From the sequence record NZ_CP118109.1: a DNA stretch of 64,000 nt, one strand, 5' to 3'. Position numbers and translations under genes: made by a program. Numbering within the stretch: position 1 is the first letter of the stretch; every line of letters starts with the position of its first letter. Origin of the DNA: a plasmid. This document shows, piece by piece, positions 39,822 to 49,122 of the stretch. The notes below the pieces were generated by a model, which was not told the DNA's origin, ran no database searches, and saw nothing but the letters and a program-made list of their open reading frames with translations.

Positions 39822-41582
39822 TCAAAACTTAGCTCTTGTCGGACGATTCTTCGCATTACCGCGACCCCATATATTCGATCCGCCTCTACTTCTTTTTCCA
39901 CCATATCCAAGTTGAACTTTCTCCCAGTGCCAGTTCGGGTTGTCCCTCGCTTCACGCTCTGGTTTTTTGTTTTGGATATTGAATATATCACGTTGACCGC
40001 CGAATACTTGCTCTGCGATCTTCTCTTCTGATGTGTTATGCGATACGAAAGCACGAGTGGCTACATTGAACTTCTCCAAGACCTTCGCGATCTCAGGAAA
40101 CTCTAATGTAAATCCAAGGATCGTCAGCATGAATGCATCCAGTGCATGCTCATTTTCTGACGTATAGATCGGCTTACCGTTTTGTGAGATACGGATAACT
40201 TGGTAATCCATCATTTGCTTCCACACCATATCATCGAATGGTGAAAGAACGATTCGATCTCGTTCCAATAGGATAGCTGTTTGGTTAACCATGAAGTTTT
40301 TCGCATCTTTCTTATCGACTTCACGAGTCGCTGGATCACGCACTTCAAAGGTTTGTGCGAACTGAATCCGCTTCACCTTTTTATCTAGCTGTGTATATGG
40401 ATTATCTCGGCCGTGAAGACGAAGAGCCTCAACTTGATACTCCCCGCTACCAGCATCTACATAGACAAAGGCAGGGTTATATATGTCATTTAGCTCAATA
40501 ATTCGTTTTACCGCATTATCGAACGTAAAATCGCTCCGAGGTATTTCTGATCTTAGGCAGACTCTGAATTTCTTCAGCTGTTCATCAAACTCCGTAACGA
40601 TAATCTGAGTCGCTGCACCGTATTTATCCCAGTCCACTCCGATGATCCGGAGAGCTTTCGGTGCTGGGTTATTTATAGTATAAGGCCCGTAATAAACAAT
40701 GTCATCTAGGTTGATGCCTTGCTTCTGATACTGCTCACGCTCATACGTATTCAGAGAGCGATAACTATAATGATATTGGCTTTTTGCTCGTTCTACCGCG
40801 TCTTTATTAAATACTCCGACGGTTTCTTCTCCGAACTCTGCCTCAACCTCGTGGATATAACCCTGTTGAGTCATTGTCGCACGCATTTCGCCTTCCATCC
40901 GTTCATCAAAGTCAGGGTTGACGTGAGAAGGGAAGTGATAGGCAATATAACCCGTATCTGGATTCGTACAGATATCATAAAAGAAGTCACGTTTACCTGT
41001 AGGTGTAGAGCTTACCCAAATACCGATACGTTTCGGATCTTCGAGTGCAATGGCGGTTACAGCATCAATACCGTCACGAGACATATAATCAACCTCATCA
41101 AGGAACAACCAGTCTGCCCGCTGACCCCGGACGGATGCACCGGCTTGGCTGCCGGCATTCGCACCAGCTGTAAAGCCCATGATCTTCGATCCATTACCGA
41201 AGGATGCAATAAACGGATTCTTGGTTATGGTGACTGAGGCACTTAGCTCTTCGCAATCTCGAACTAACTCCTGCAGACGCATGAAGATCAAGCGAACCTG
41301 ATGTTCGTAAGGCGTTGCAATAAGTAGACGACTATTCTTATGATGAAACGCGTACCAAAGACAGAATACAACCATGGTCTCTGTCTTGCCAACCCGTCGT
41401 CCCATTCGGGCGGCAACACGCCGGTCGCCATTCATGATCCCTCGGATCATCTTTCGCTGATACCAACGTGCCTTCCAAGCATTCCCCTTCGGGTCTTTCA
41501 GCTTCCAGTACGCCCACTTAATCGGATCAGAGCGAATCTCTCGCTCCATTTCAAATAACTGTCTTTCTTCGACACTTTGCAT
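39822..41582 (-). CDS. terL: 586-aa terminase large subunit
   Basis: Walker A GRRVGKT, Walker B WLFLDE, nuclease-domain acidic motifs (VDAGSGEYQ); basic Gly/Arg-rich C-terminal tail. Confidence 0.75.
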   Translation of the reverse strand: MQSVEERQLFEMEREIRSDPIKWAYWKLKDPKGNAWKARWYQRKMIRGIMNGDRRVAARMGRRVGKTETMVVFCLWYAFHHKNSRLLIATPYEHQVRLIFMRLQELVRDCEELSASVTITKNPFIASFGNGSKIMGFTAGANAGSQAGASVRGQRADWLFLDEVDYMSRDGIDAVTAIALEDPKRIGIWVSSTPTGKRDFFYDICTNPDTGYIAYHFPSHVNPDFDERMEGEMRATMTQQGYIHEVEAEFGEETVGVFNKDAVERAKSQYHYSYRSLNTYEREQYQKQGINLDDIVYYGPYTINNPAPKALRIIGVDWDKYGAATQIIVTEFDEQLKKFRVCLRSEIPRSDFTFDNAVKRIIELNDIYNPAFVYVDAGSGEYQVEALRLHGRDNPYTQLDKKVKRIQFAQTFEVRDPATREVDKKDAKNFMVNQTAILLERDRIVLSPFDDMVWKQMMDYQVIRISQNGKPIYTSENEHALDAFMLTILGFTLEFPEIAKVLEKFNVATRAFVSHNTSEEKIAEQVFGGQRDIFNIQNKKPEREARDNPNWHWEKVQLGYGGKRSRGGSNIWGRGNAKNRPTRAKF

Positions 41583-41591
41583 AATATCACC

Positions 41592-41822
41592 CTAATTTGC
41601 TCGATAGAGGTTGTTTAGGGTGTGGTATCCCTTTTGAGAAAGATTGACTTCAAATCCTCTTTCTCTTTTCCTCATGTGAAGCAACCCTTCGTCAGCTGCT
41701 TGGGTCCAATTCATTTGATCGTGTAGCCCATGCGTCTGCAAATGCTTCAGTGGAACCCATTGATCGTTCCTACGACCATGAAGAAGGATCTTATTTAATG
41801 ATTGATTAGATTTTAAAAACAT
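41592..41822 (-). CDS. 76-aa hypothetical protein
   Basis: ORF directly upstream of terL. Confidence 0.35.
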   Translation of the reverse strand: MFLKSNQSLNKILLHGRRNDQWVPLKHLQTHGLHDQMNWTQAADEGLLHMRKRERGFEVNLSQKGYHTLNNLYRAN

Positions 41823-41887
41823 CCTAATTCAGCACCCCTTCACTATTCATGAAGTTTGCATGAGTGCACCTCCTAGGCAGGATGTTC

Positions 41888-42283
41888 TTAATTATTCATT
41901 CCGTCTGCAATTCCGCCAATTAAAGAGCCACCTAAAGCAGCCGCTCCGTAAGTTAAAGCTTTTGATTTTCCACTTCCAAAAGCTTTTCCGTGATAACCTT
42001 TAACTGACTGGCTAAAAGACGATGCTTTTCTCATTGCCGCATCGCCAACAGTAGCTCTGGCTCTTTGTCCGTCTGTTACTGGAACCCCTGATGCATTGCT
42101 ATATCGAATATCATCATGGGCTCTTCTAGTAAACTCTCTCACCGGCTTTTTCATGCCACGCAAAGCAGCTTTTGTTCCGAATTGTGCTCCCGCAGCAAGC
42201 GTACCTCCTACGATAGCCCCACCGACAAGACCCGATCCAATACCATCATCCACGCGGTTATATGGATTGTTTGATTGCATCAT
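41888..42283 (-). CDS. 131-aa Gly/Ala-rich small protein (paralog D), glycine-zipper-like
   Basis: MMQSNNPYNRV N-terminus and ...GGSLIGGIADGMNN C-terminus, paralogous to the 42295..42642 product; RBS GAGGTGA. Confidence 0.5.
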   Translation of the reverse strand: MMQSNNPYNRVDDGIGSGLVGGAIVGGTLAAGAQFGTKAALRGMKKPVREFTRRAHDDIRYSNASGVPVTDGQRARATVGDAAMRKASSFSQSVKGYHGKAFGSGKSKALTYGAAALGGSLIGGIADGMNN

Positions 42284-42294
42284 TGTTATTCACC

Positions 42295-42642
42295 TCAATC
42301 ACTCATATAGTCAATTCCTGCCCCAATTCCTCCACCAAGCACAGCAGCACCAGCATAAAACCCTGCTTTCTTCCAGCCACCGCCAAACACCTTGCCATAA
42401 CCTCGCTCTACTTTTCCGCCGACTCCGACTGCTTTAGCAGTCTTCTTGGTGGATCCGTACTCCGGTAATAGAGGTGTGGAATCTTTTTTGGCTGATCTAG
42501 CTGCACTTATAAGTGAAGCTCCTTTTGCTCCTGCATGAACTACACCCATGCTCGCCGCCCCAGCCAAAGCCCCATAGGCTGCGCCATTGTAAACAGGGTC
42601 GTGGTTACTGACTCTCTGATAGGGTTCATTGCTTCTCATCAT
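42295..42642 (-). CDS. 115-aa Gly/Ala-rich small protein (paralog C)
   Basis: MMRSNEPYQRV ... GGGIGAGIDYMSD; RBS GGGAGGTGA. Confidence 0.5.
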   Translation of the reverse strand: MMRSNEPYQRVSNHDPVYNGAAYGALAGAASMGVVHAGAKGASLISAARSAKKDSTPLLPEYGSTKKTAKAVGVGGKVERGYGKVFGGGWKKAGFYAGAAVLGGGIGAGIDYMSD

Positions 42643-42659
42643 CTTTACTCACCTCCCTC

Positions 42660-43094
42660 TCAGTAGGCTTTAGATGCCCCGCGCGCATGCCTGTACATAA
42701 TGGCAGAAGCCGTGTTTCTCGCATTGGATGCATTCTGCATACCCGTCTGTTGCATATACATTTGCCCTTCATTCTGCGCGAAGCCGCCTCCAAACATAGA
42801 GGACTTCTGACGAATACCAGCCTTAGCCGCATCGGTCATCCGGATGATCTCAGGCGTCATAGATACGCCTGCCATAACCCCCATTGTAAGGAACCCACCG
42901 GGCATAAGGTTCCACGCGGCGTTAGTCAAAGCTGCTTTACCAATTGCGACAGCTGCATTCTCTCCATCTTTAATCCGAGAAACAGCATCAACTGCAACCA
43001 TCCCGGCACCGAATGCACGGGCTATCTTTCCTTCTTTTCTTATCTGATTGACGCCTTGACCAGGCGGCAACGCTTGTGTTGTCATATTGGACAT
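42660..43094 (-). CDS. 144-aa Gly/Ala/Met-rich small protein (B)
   Basis: ORF; low-complexity G/A/M-rich. Confidence 0.45.
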   Translation of the reverse strand: MSNMTTQALPPGQGVNQIRKEGKIARAFGAGMVAVDAVSRIKDGENAAVAIGKAALTNAAWNLMPGGFLTMGVMAGVSMTPEIIRMTDAAKAGIRQKSSMFGGGFAQNEGQMYMQQTGMQNASNARNTASAIMYRHARGASKAY

Positions 43095-43098
43095 CTAC

Positions 43099-43458
43099 CT
43101 AGCCTCCATGCCTTAAATTGTGCAGGGCAAATACTAGGTCGCCTCTCGCAGCCAGATCTTGATTGCCGGCAGGATCGCCTAGATATCCCATGCCATCCGA
43201 TCTTGTCCCAGGAAGCGACATAATCCCCCGATCATCCATAGCATCCATTGCATTTCGATTACCTGCTTCGGACTGTCCATTTATAACCTGATATCCGCCG
43301 TAAGCTCCCATTCCTGTAAGGGCTACCGCCTTTCCTTTTCTGGATAGTCCAAATCCTGTATACAGGTTATTGATGCTTCGCTGAGTGTTCTTCTCAAACA
43401 TCGAAGGGACTTGTTTCCCTATATATTTGCCCACGTTTACAGCGCCTCTGACATACAT
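43099..43458 (-). CDS. 119-aa Gly-rich small protein (A)
   Basis: ORF; Gly-rich. Confidence 0.45.
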   Translation of the reverse strand: MYVRGAVNVGKYIGKQVPSMFEKNTQRSINNLYTGFGLSRKGKAVALTGMGAYGGYQVINGQSEAGNRNAMDAMDDRGIMSLPGTRSDGMGYLGDPAGNQDLAARGDLVFALHNLRHGG

Positions 43459-43469
43459 GTTCTCACCTC

Positions 43470-44210
43470 CTATTCGATAGGTTCGACTTCAATTGGCGTG
43501 ATATCGATCGGCTCGTTATTGCCTCTCATCTTCTCGTAATATCTTCGTTCCGCCTCATCCTCATTTTCCATGTGAGCGTCCATATCATCGTTTACCTTGA
43601 CCATCTGTGAAGCTCTCGAAGCCGGATCAAGTTCAACTGTAACCTTCGTCCCTTGCTTATCACGGCGCGTACTGTTCAAGAGCTGCAGTGTCTTGTTCTT
43701 GCTGTTTCTCAGCTTCTCTTTATACTCGACTACGGGATGCAATTCTTTCTTCACTAGCGCATCTCCGTCTTCTGTCATACCCACCACGTTCTCTATGATG
43801 AAGTCCGCATCGATTGCCATCTTGTTATCACATCTAAGCAGGGATACATCAATATCAACGAGTTCTTTAACCATGATGAGATCGACCGTATTTTTCGGAT
43901 CCTCTCGATCAATCTTGAGGTCTGTGCAGTATCGGTCAAAGAGATCTTCAATCGCAGCAATCTCAATAGGACACTTCTCGCCAAAGGGTGCCATTTGCAT
44001 TTGCATGAGAGGGCAAGACTCACGATAAGGGCAGGATTCTGCTTTACAGATGATTGGCACGGATGCATATAGCCCATGCTTTGTACTGCGAAGCCTGCGG
44101 GCGACATCTATCGCCTGTATAGCGGCAGGATTCTGTGTCCAAGCCGTAGGATTCAGGTTTTGAGAGACGACCATCTTCCCGGCTTCGGTACGAGGTCCAG
44201 TATTAGACAT
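43470..44210 (-). CDS. 246-aa protein with Cys cluster (CKAESCPYRESCP...CPIE), possible terminase small subunit or DNA-binding packaging protein
   Basis: Position at the head of the packaging module; no diagnostic motif. Confidence 0.35.
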   Translation of the reverse strand: MSNTGPRTEAGKMVVSQNLNPTAWTQNPAAIQAIDVARRLRSTKHGLYASVPIICKAESCPYRESCPLMQMQMAPFGEKCPIEIAAIEDLFDRYCTDLKIDREDPKNTVDLIMVKELVDIDVSLLRCDNKMAIDADFIIENVVGMTEDGDALVKKELHPVVEYKEKLRNSKNKTLQLLNSTRRDKQGTKVTVELDPASRASQMVKVNDDMDAHMENEDEAERRYYEKMRGNNEPIDITPIEVEPIE

Positions 44211-44213
44211 AGG

Positions 44214-44579
44214 TCACTCTCCCTCTGGAATGACGCCACAAATCTCCATGACATTCTTCCATTTCTCTTCTGTGCTATGTCCATCCCAGTTAGGCTTGAT
44301 CTCTGGCAGTGTGCCGACATCAAAGCTGTCTGGAATATGGAATGTAATCGATCCGTTGTTGATGGAAATGACACGAAGCCATCCTTCCCAATTATTATCT
44401 GTATCGTAGTACCATCCACATGGATAATAATCAGGTGTAACCTCCGACATTCCCCAAGCATTGCGAACAGTGTCATTCATATAGTTAGCCAGCAATAACG
44501 CCAGCATATTTCTTTCCCAGTAGGCTCCGTCCTTTGTTTCCTCCAGACTCATGCCCTCTTTCCAAACATATGGCTTCAT
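44214..44579 (-). CDS. 121-aa hypothetical Trp-rich protein
   Basis: ORF with RBS AGGAGG. Confidence 0.45.
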   Translation of the reverse strand: MKPYVWKEGMSLEETKDGAYWERNMLALLLANYMNDTVRNAWGMSEVTPDYYPCGWYYDTDNNWEGWLRVISINNGSITFHIPDSFDVGTLPEIKPNWDGHSTEEKWKNVMEICGVIPEGE

Positions 44580-44602
44580 AACTTTTCCTCCTTGTAAGTA
44601 CG

Positions 44603-44630
44603 AAAAAAGGGGTAGATCTAATGACCCCTT
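44603..44630 (-). terminator. Terminator AAGGGGT-N11-ACCCCTT followed by TTTTTT on the minus strand, downstream of the actin-like operon
   Basis: Stem plus T6. Confidence 0.5.
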
Positions 44631-44796
44631 GACCCCGATCGGTACTGTTTGGGCAGTCTATCCCCTTAGCTTAATTGTACAGGCTCTGGTATTTTCAGGA
44701 CATTTGCGCCTATGAATGCACAAAAAAATAGAGCCCCATGAAGGGACCCTATCTTGTGTAATTCTATTTGATTTCATTTAATTCCGCTAGAAAGCG

Positions 44797-44973
44797 TTAT
44801 TTTCCTTCGTTTTGCTCCGATTCAATAGCTTTCGATAATAATCGTCTGGCTTCTGTTGCCCAATCACCTGGCTTGATCTTATCGAAATGATCTTTAATAT
44901 CTGTATCGACATCACGAATGATGACTTGGACTTTCGGCACCTTCCGTGCTTTCGTCTCTCTTTCTTCAGCCAT
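44797..44973 (-). CDS. 58-aa small basic/acidic protein translationally coupled (TAATG) to the actin-like gene; candidate ParR/AlpR-type DNA-binding adaptor
   Basis: ATG overlaps the stop of the upstream gene; MAEERETKARKVPKVQVIIRDVDTDIKDHFDKIKPGDWATEARRLLSKAIESEQNEGK; below the 60-aa cutoff of the ORF track. Confidence 0.5.
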   Translation of the reverse strand: MAEERETKARKVPKVQVIIRDVDTDIKDHFDKIKPGDWATEARRLLSKAIESEQNEGK

Positions 44974-46166
44974 TACGCTGCCTCGCTTTCGAATATATCT
45001 TTGATGAATCTTTCATAAACCTGCTCAAAGTTCAGACTGCCATCTTCCTGTTCCTTGACTTGGTTCATTGCCGCACGAATATAGAATCCATATACGTTCG
45101 CCATTTGCGGGTCGTCCACTACGGAGAAGGCTTGTACCTTACGCTTCGCAAACTCTTCTTTCAAGAAGTCTTGGAAGATATGTGCGCCCCCGCCTGAAAG
45201 CAAGATGATCTTCACACGGTTCGCATGCTGACCCCAAGACGTAATAACCTCATTTGCGATGACTGCAGAGATCTCCTTCGCGGCTTCTTCTACAAGATGA
45301 TACAGATTATGAGAAGCGCCATTGAACTCGATTTCTTCTCCACGAACGACTGAATCTAGTTCGTCATCCGTTGGGCTGTAAGCAACCCCAAACTCGTTAT
45401 CAAAGTGAATAGCCATACTCACTTTGAGTCGCTTGTACAGCTCAGCAGTCGCAAGTGTCGATCCATAAGTTCCCTCTTCCTCTACATATACGCCTTCGGA
45501 GAATAATGCATAATCTGTAGTGAGGTGCCCGATATCAACGATAGCAGTCAAAGCTCTGTAGAGCGTAGTCGTCAAAAGACCTTCTTTTGTGAAAGCGAAT
45601 TGTGTAGATGTTACACTTCCCTCTGGCTGTCTCAAGATTTCATATCCAATAACATTAATTTTCTTAGTGATTGTTTTTCCATAACCAAGGTAGATCACAA
45701 TTTCAAAACTTTGGTTTATGTACTCTTCCAACCGTGTGCGAATACCTTTATCGAAATCCTCATTCGGCAGACCAGTTGTTAAGTAGACATTATATTCTCC
45801 ATCTTCATGAGGAACACATAGTGCAAGATTGGTTTCAAACATAACTCTGAATGATGGATCGGATGCACGGTCATGATTGGTTGTCCGACTTGTAACCAGA
45901 AGCTTATTACTCTTCATTGCCTGTTCGCCTACATGATAGAAACCGTCAGTAGTCTTCACCATCAAGCGAGATTCATCGACTTCTGTGTGCTTAAAGGAAT
46001 TAGCGAACTTTTCATTTGTAGGCATGACAGTACTCGGTATGACACCGAACATGCCTAAGCTCGACATGCGCTTGCTTCCATTAAAACCAATATCAATTGC
46101 TGCAAGCTCAAAATCAAATAAGTCTTCTAGCTTTAACTTCAAATCTTTCACTTTTTTCACCGCCAT
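44973..46166 (-). CDS. 397-aa actin-like ATPase (ParM/Alp family)
   Basis: Actin-fold phosphate-1 LAAIDIGFNGSK, phosphate-2 IVDIGHLTTDYALF, adenosine motif ILLSGGGA; RBS GGAGG. Confidence 0.7.
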   Translation of the reverse strand: MAVKKVKDLKLKLEDLFDFELAAIDIGFNGSKRMSSLGMFGVIPSTVMPTNEKFANSFKHTEVDESRLMVKTTDGFYHVGEQAMKSNKLLVTSRTTNHDRASDPSFRVMFETNLALCVPHEDGEYNVYLTTGLPNEDFDKGIRTRLEEYINQSFEIVIYLGYGKTITKKINVIGYEILRQPEGSVTSTQFAFTKEGLLTTTLYRALTAIVDIGHLTTDYALFSEGVYVEEEGTYGSTLATAELYKRLKVSMAIHFDNEFGVAYSPTDDELDSVVRGEEIEFNGASHNLYHLVEEAAKEISAVIANEVITSWGQHANRVKIILLSGGGAHIFQDFLKEEFAKRKVQAFSVVDDPQMANVYGFYIRAAMNQVKEQEDGSLNFEQVYERFIKDIFESEAA

Positions 46167-46187
46167 GATTGTTTTCCTCCTAATTCG

Positions 46188-46213
46188 ACATGTTATATCA
46201 TATTATAACATGT
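46188..46213. promoter_or_regulatory. Perfect 10-bp inverted repeat ACATGTTATA-N6-TATAACATGT, 22-47 nt upstream of the actin-like gene start: candidate operator/centromere-like site
   Basis: Read directly from the sequence. Confidence 0.5.
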
Positions 46214-46742
46214 TCTGATGTATTCTCTCGTAAACGATCATAACATATTTAATAGATACCAAGCAACCCTTAATTTGGACAACAAAAAAAGCAGCAGGTG
46301 TGCCGCCCGCCGCTTTTCGAACAAGTGAAGCTGTATGAGGTTGGAGATCTCACGTATCCTTCGCTGAGTTATATTTTAAGCCATTTGGCAAAAAATATCA
46401 AGAACGTATGTTCTCTTTTTGTGATTTCTTTTCACAGAAAAGGCTTCAAGACCGTTGCCAACGTTTCAACATATGATTTCAACACTGGAGGTGTAATTTT
46501 AACAGATAGAGGGTGGCAGTCCTATGACCTGTTGGCTATTTACTTGAAGCCCTTTTCTCTAAAAAGAGTATTGGCATACTCCGGATTATTTTTTTGTAGG
46601 AGGTGTCGTGAGCCCATGCTAAGCATCACGATTAATCCGGAGCAAACCATACTGTGTCCAGTCAGCTATTTTGAGGAGAGCTGCTGCAGTCATCTGCCAA
46701 GTCGGGTCTGTGTTCTCGACTTGAGTTTATTCTATACGATAA

Positions 46743-46756
46743 TGTAATGCATTACA
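46743..46756. promoter_or_regulatory. TGTAATGCATTACA perfect palindrome copy at the edge of a 640-bp ORF-free region
   Basis: Same motif family. Confidence 0.45.
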
Positions 46757-46854
46757 ATATGATTATATATTATTTCACGCGTTTTCTCTCTTTTTTTCTT
46801 TGACGCTTTTGATTTTGCTCTATGATGTACGTTTCCTCTTGATGTGTCGCTTTC

Positions 46855-47712
46855 TTATCCGTTATTACCTGGGGTGCTGTTGCCGATGTCACTAGCAGCA
46901 ATAGTATCGCCAAGGAGCATTTGTCTCGCCTCTTCAGTCGTTTGAAAACTCGCATTTAATCTCCGTCCTCTTCCATGTCTTATTCCATTGAATTTCCGCG
47001 CCCTTGCAAGGTCACATTCGATCTGTAAAGCAATTTGCTCTGCATCCATAAATAGCTCTCCATAACTAGATGGAGCTCTTGGAGAAGGCATGATAAAGGT
47101 CTGGACTTCATGATTTCCGATTCGTGGTTTTATTCGATGACCAAAAAACTTCTTAAACGTGTTATCCAGCAATGCTGTATATGTGGACACCATAATAACA
47201 TCAGCATAGATCATAACTTGTTCCAGCCAGCTTGAATGGATCATCATAGAGTCTGCTTCATCGAATATAACCAAGCAATCGTTTAGTTCTTGTGGTGAAT
47301 ATTCCCCGATCTTCATCTCGAAAGATATCGTCCTACCATTTTCCAAGGAGAACCCATTGGATGTATAATCGTATTGGATTCCATCCTGAATAAGGCGTGA
47401 CCTTATCATATCTCTATGGGCTTGTGATGAAGCAACATACCGATCAAATACAACAACGTTCTTGTTTGACCTGATTACCTTTTCACTTAAGGCAGTAGTC
47501 TTCCCTGCTCTCCTGTGAGCAACGACCGCAATATGGCCGTTATCGCACTCATGGAACAGTCTCCAGCGTTCTTGATAGTCAGACTCTTGGACGACGATAG
47601 GTTCTCCTGTTGCCCTTGATACCCTTTGCAAATATTCCATCAATAGCTCCAAGTGTTGTCCCTCCCTTCTCAAGCTCTCTGAAACGAGGAACAACCTCAC
47701 CTTCGTACTCAA
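46855..47712 (-). CDS. 285-aa P-loop NTPase (Walker A AHRRAGKTT, Walker B LVIFDEAD)
   Basis: Motifs; true start may be downstream (overlaps next ORF by 130 nt). Confidence 0.5.
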   Translation of the reverse strand: MSTKVRLFLVSESLRREGQHLELLMEYLQRVSRATGEPIVVQESDYQERWRLFHECDNGHIAVVAHRRAGKTTALSEKVIRSNKNVVVFDRYVASSQAHRDMIRSRLIQDGIQYDYTSNGFSLENGRTISFEMKIGEYSPQELNDCLVIFDEADSMMIHSSWLEQVMIYADVIMVSTYTALLDNTFKKFFGHRIKPRIGNHEVQTFIMPSPRAPSSYGELFMDAEQIALQIECDLARARKFNGIRHGRGRRLNASFQTTEEARQMLLGDTIAASDIGNSTPGNNG

Positions 47713-47887
47713 TAGGATTGTGCCATTCTAACAGTGGGCGATAAAATTTCTGATCAGGCTCGTCCTCACGATAGTACCAGACTGCTTTTCCATCCTCATG
47801 ACGACTTGCATCAATACCTATGTCAGATATGACATATAGTCCACCTTTGTAGTGCTGCCACCTTGATCCGATCTTCGGGGTTCTCAT
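47579..47887 (-). CDS. 102-aa DUF1653-like protein
   Basis: GSRWQHYKGGLYVI ... VWYYRED matches the DUF1653 signature. Confidence 0.5.
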   Translation of the reverse strand: MRTPKIGSRWQHYKGGLYVISDIGIDASRHEDGKAVWYYREDEPDQKFYRPLLEWHNPIEYEGEVVPRFRELEKGGTTLGAIDGIFAKGIKGNRRTYRRPRV

Positions 47888-48084
47888 ATACTTTCACCTC
47901 CTAGGTCAGACACGTCCAGCTTAGTTTCAAAGGTTATATACTTCATGGGCTGTGCCCTTACAATGTCTAGCTGCCAAGCTCCTGATTCGCAATACATGAT
48001 AATCCTGTCGCCTTCTGCAACTATAGACTCTAAGCCAGGGAAGCTTTCGTCTAAAGCCTTCAGGACTTGATTTGCTATTTTCAT
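47884..48084 (-). CDS. 66-aa hypothetical protein
   Basis: ORF coupled to its neighbours. Confidence 0.4.
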   Translation of the reverse strand: MKIANQVLKALDESFPGLESIVAEGDRIIMYCESGAWQLDIVRAQPMKYITFETKLDVSDLGGESI

Positions 48085-48467
48085 AACTGCAGGTCCTCCC
48101 TAGCCAATTGCCAATCTCTCGCAAGCAAGTCTTCGTCTGTAAGGCTATAGCTTTTCCATCTCTGCAGCTCTTCTTTGAACATCAGGCGACCTTCGATATA
48201 CCTGTACCTTTTTCCAAGCTGTCCGCTTCTCTTTAACTTGTATCCGTTCGTAAGCATACGTATGGCAATACTAGTATCGAATGATTCCATATACTGAATA
48301 TCCACTTCTTCTGGAATAATCATGAGTGGTCTGCCTTGACCGAATCTCATTTTCCATTTGTCCGCCATTTCTTTTGCTTCTTTAAACGGCATCGAACTTG
48401 GTATCTGCATTATATAGATACCGTTAAGAGAATAAACATTATCGATGTACTTCTGCATCAGCTCCAC
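48081..48467 (-). CDS. 128-aa MELM-family small protein
   Basis: N-terminus MELMQKYIDN shared with five other ORFs in the window. Confidence 0.45.
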   Translation of the reverse strand: MELMQKYIDNVYSLNGIYIMQIPSSMPFKEAKEMADKWKMRFGQGRPLMIIPEEVDIQYMESFDTSIAIRMLTNGYKLKRSGQLGKRYRYIEGRLMFKEELQRWKSYSLTDEDLLARDWQLAREDLQL

Positions 48468-48777
48468 TTTCGCGAAACCTCCTTATCTTGTATGAGGCGC
48501 CATAGAAGTCTGGATTAGGAAGCATCATCAATTGGAATGTCCTCATAATGTTTTCCCTGTTGGCTTTCAACGTTTTACAATTTCTTATCTTCTTATCCGT
48601 GAAGTAATAGAATATGTCTCCGCCATCAGTTTCTCTACATCTCACACTGAATAGATGATCACCTGATTCAGCGATCTCTCCGGGTTGAATGTAGTAGACA
48701 ACGTCTGCAAGATTAAGCCACTTGCTTCTCGACAGTTCCTCTTTCCATTTCTCTGAATAGACCTTCATCAATTCCAA
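48439..48777 (-). CDS. 112-aa MELM-family small protein
   Basis: N-terminus MELMKVYSEK. Confidence 0.45.
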   Translation of the reverse strand: MELMKVYSEKWKEELSRSKWLNLADVVYYIQPGEIAESGDHLFSVRCRETDGGDIFYYFTDKKIRNCKTLKANRENIMRTFQLMMLPNPDFYGASYKIRRFRESGADAEVHR

Positions 48778-49122
48778 CTAGGCCCCCGCCTTCCTCTTAG
48801 CCTTCATCTTTTGTTTCAAGCGGCAGGAATCACATGCCCTCTTTGTGCTGTTGTTCTCTTTCCCGCATATTGTGCATAGTCCATTTGCTAAACGATATGA
48901 TCGCTTCGCTCTGGCATAGTGCACAACGCATAGTCCTTTTGAGATGGGCTTCTTATGGCACCCTTCTTCGATACACTCCGTATGCTCGTACATCGGTCTC
49001 CCTGTTCCTGCTAACACAATGGTGGGATCGTTATGCCGCTTAATTCTTCTGTAATGCTTCCAGCAGTGCCCTTTTGCGATAACTTCTTTTCCACAACGAG
49101 GAAATTCGCATATGGCTTTCAT
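48778..49122 (-). CDS. 114-aa Cys-rich zinc-finger repeat protein
   Basis: Repeats of C..GC..(5-8)..GLC..HY.R (CEFPRCGKEVIAKGHCWKHYRR; CIEEGCHKKPISKGLCVVHYARAKR). Confidence 0.5.
   Translation of the reverse strand: MKAICEFPRCGKEVIAKGHCWKHYRRIKRHNDPTIVLAGTGRPMYEHTECIEEGCHKKPISKGLCVVHYARAKRSYRLANGLCTICGKENNSTKRACDSCRLKQKMKAKRKAGA

Noticed and set aside
46298-46747. 149-aa plus-strand ORF in the region upstream of the actin-like gene
   Set aside because: GTG start without RBS, Cys/Leu/Phe-rich low complexity, opposite to all neighbouring genes. More likely non-coding regulatory DNA; only a 44-aa RBS-preceded C-terminal fragment (46627..46761) is even marginally plausible.
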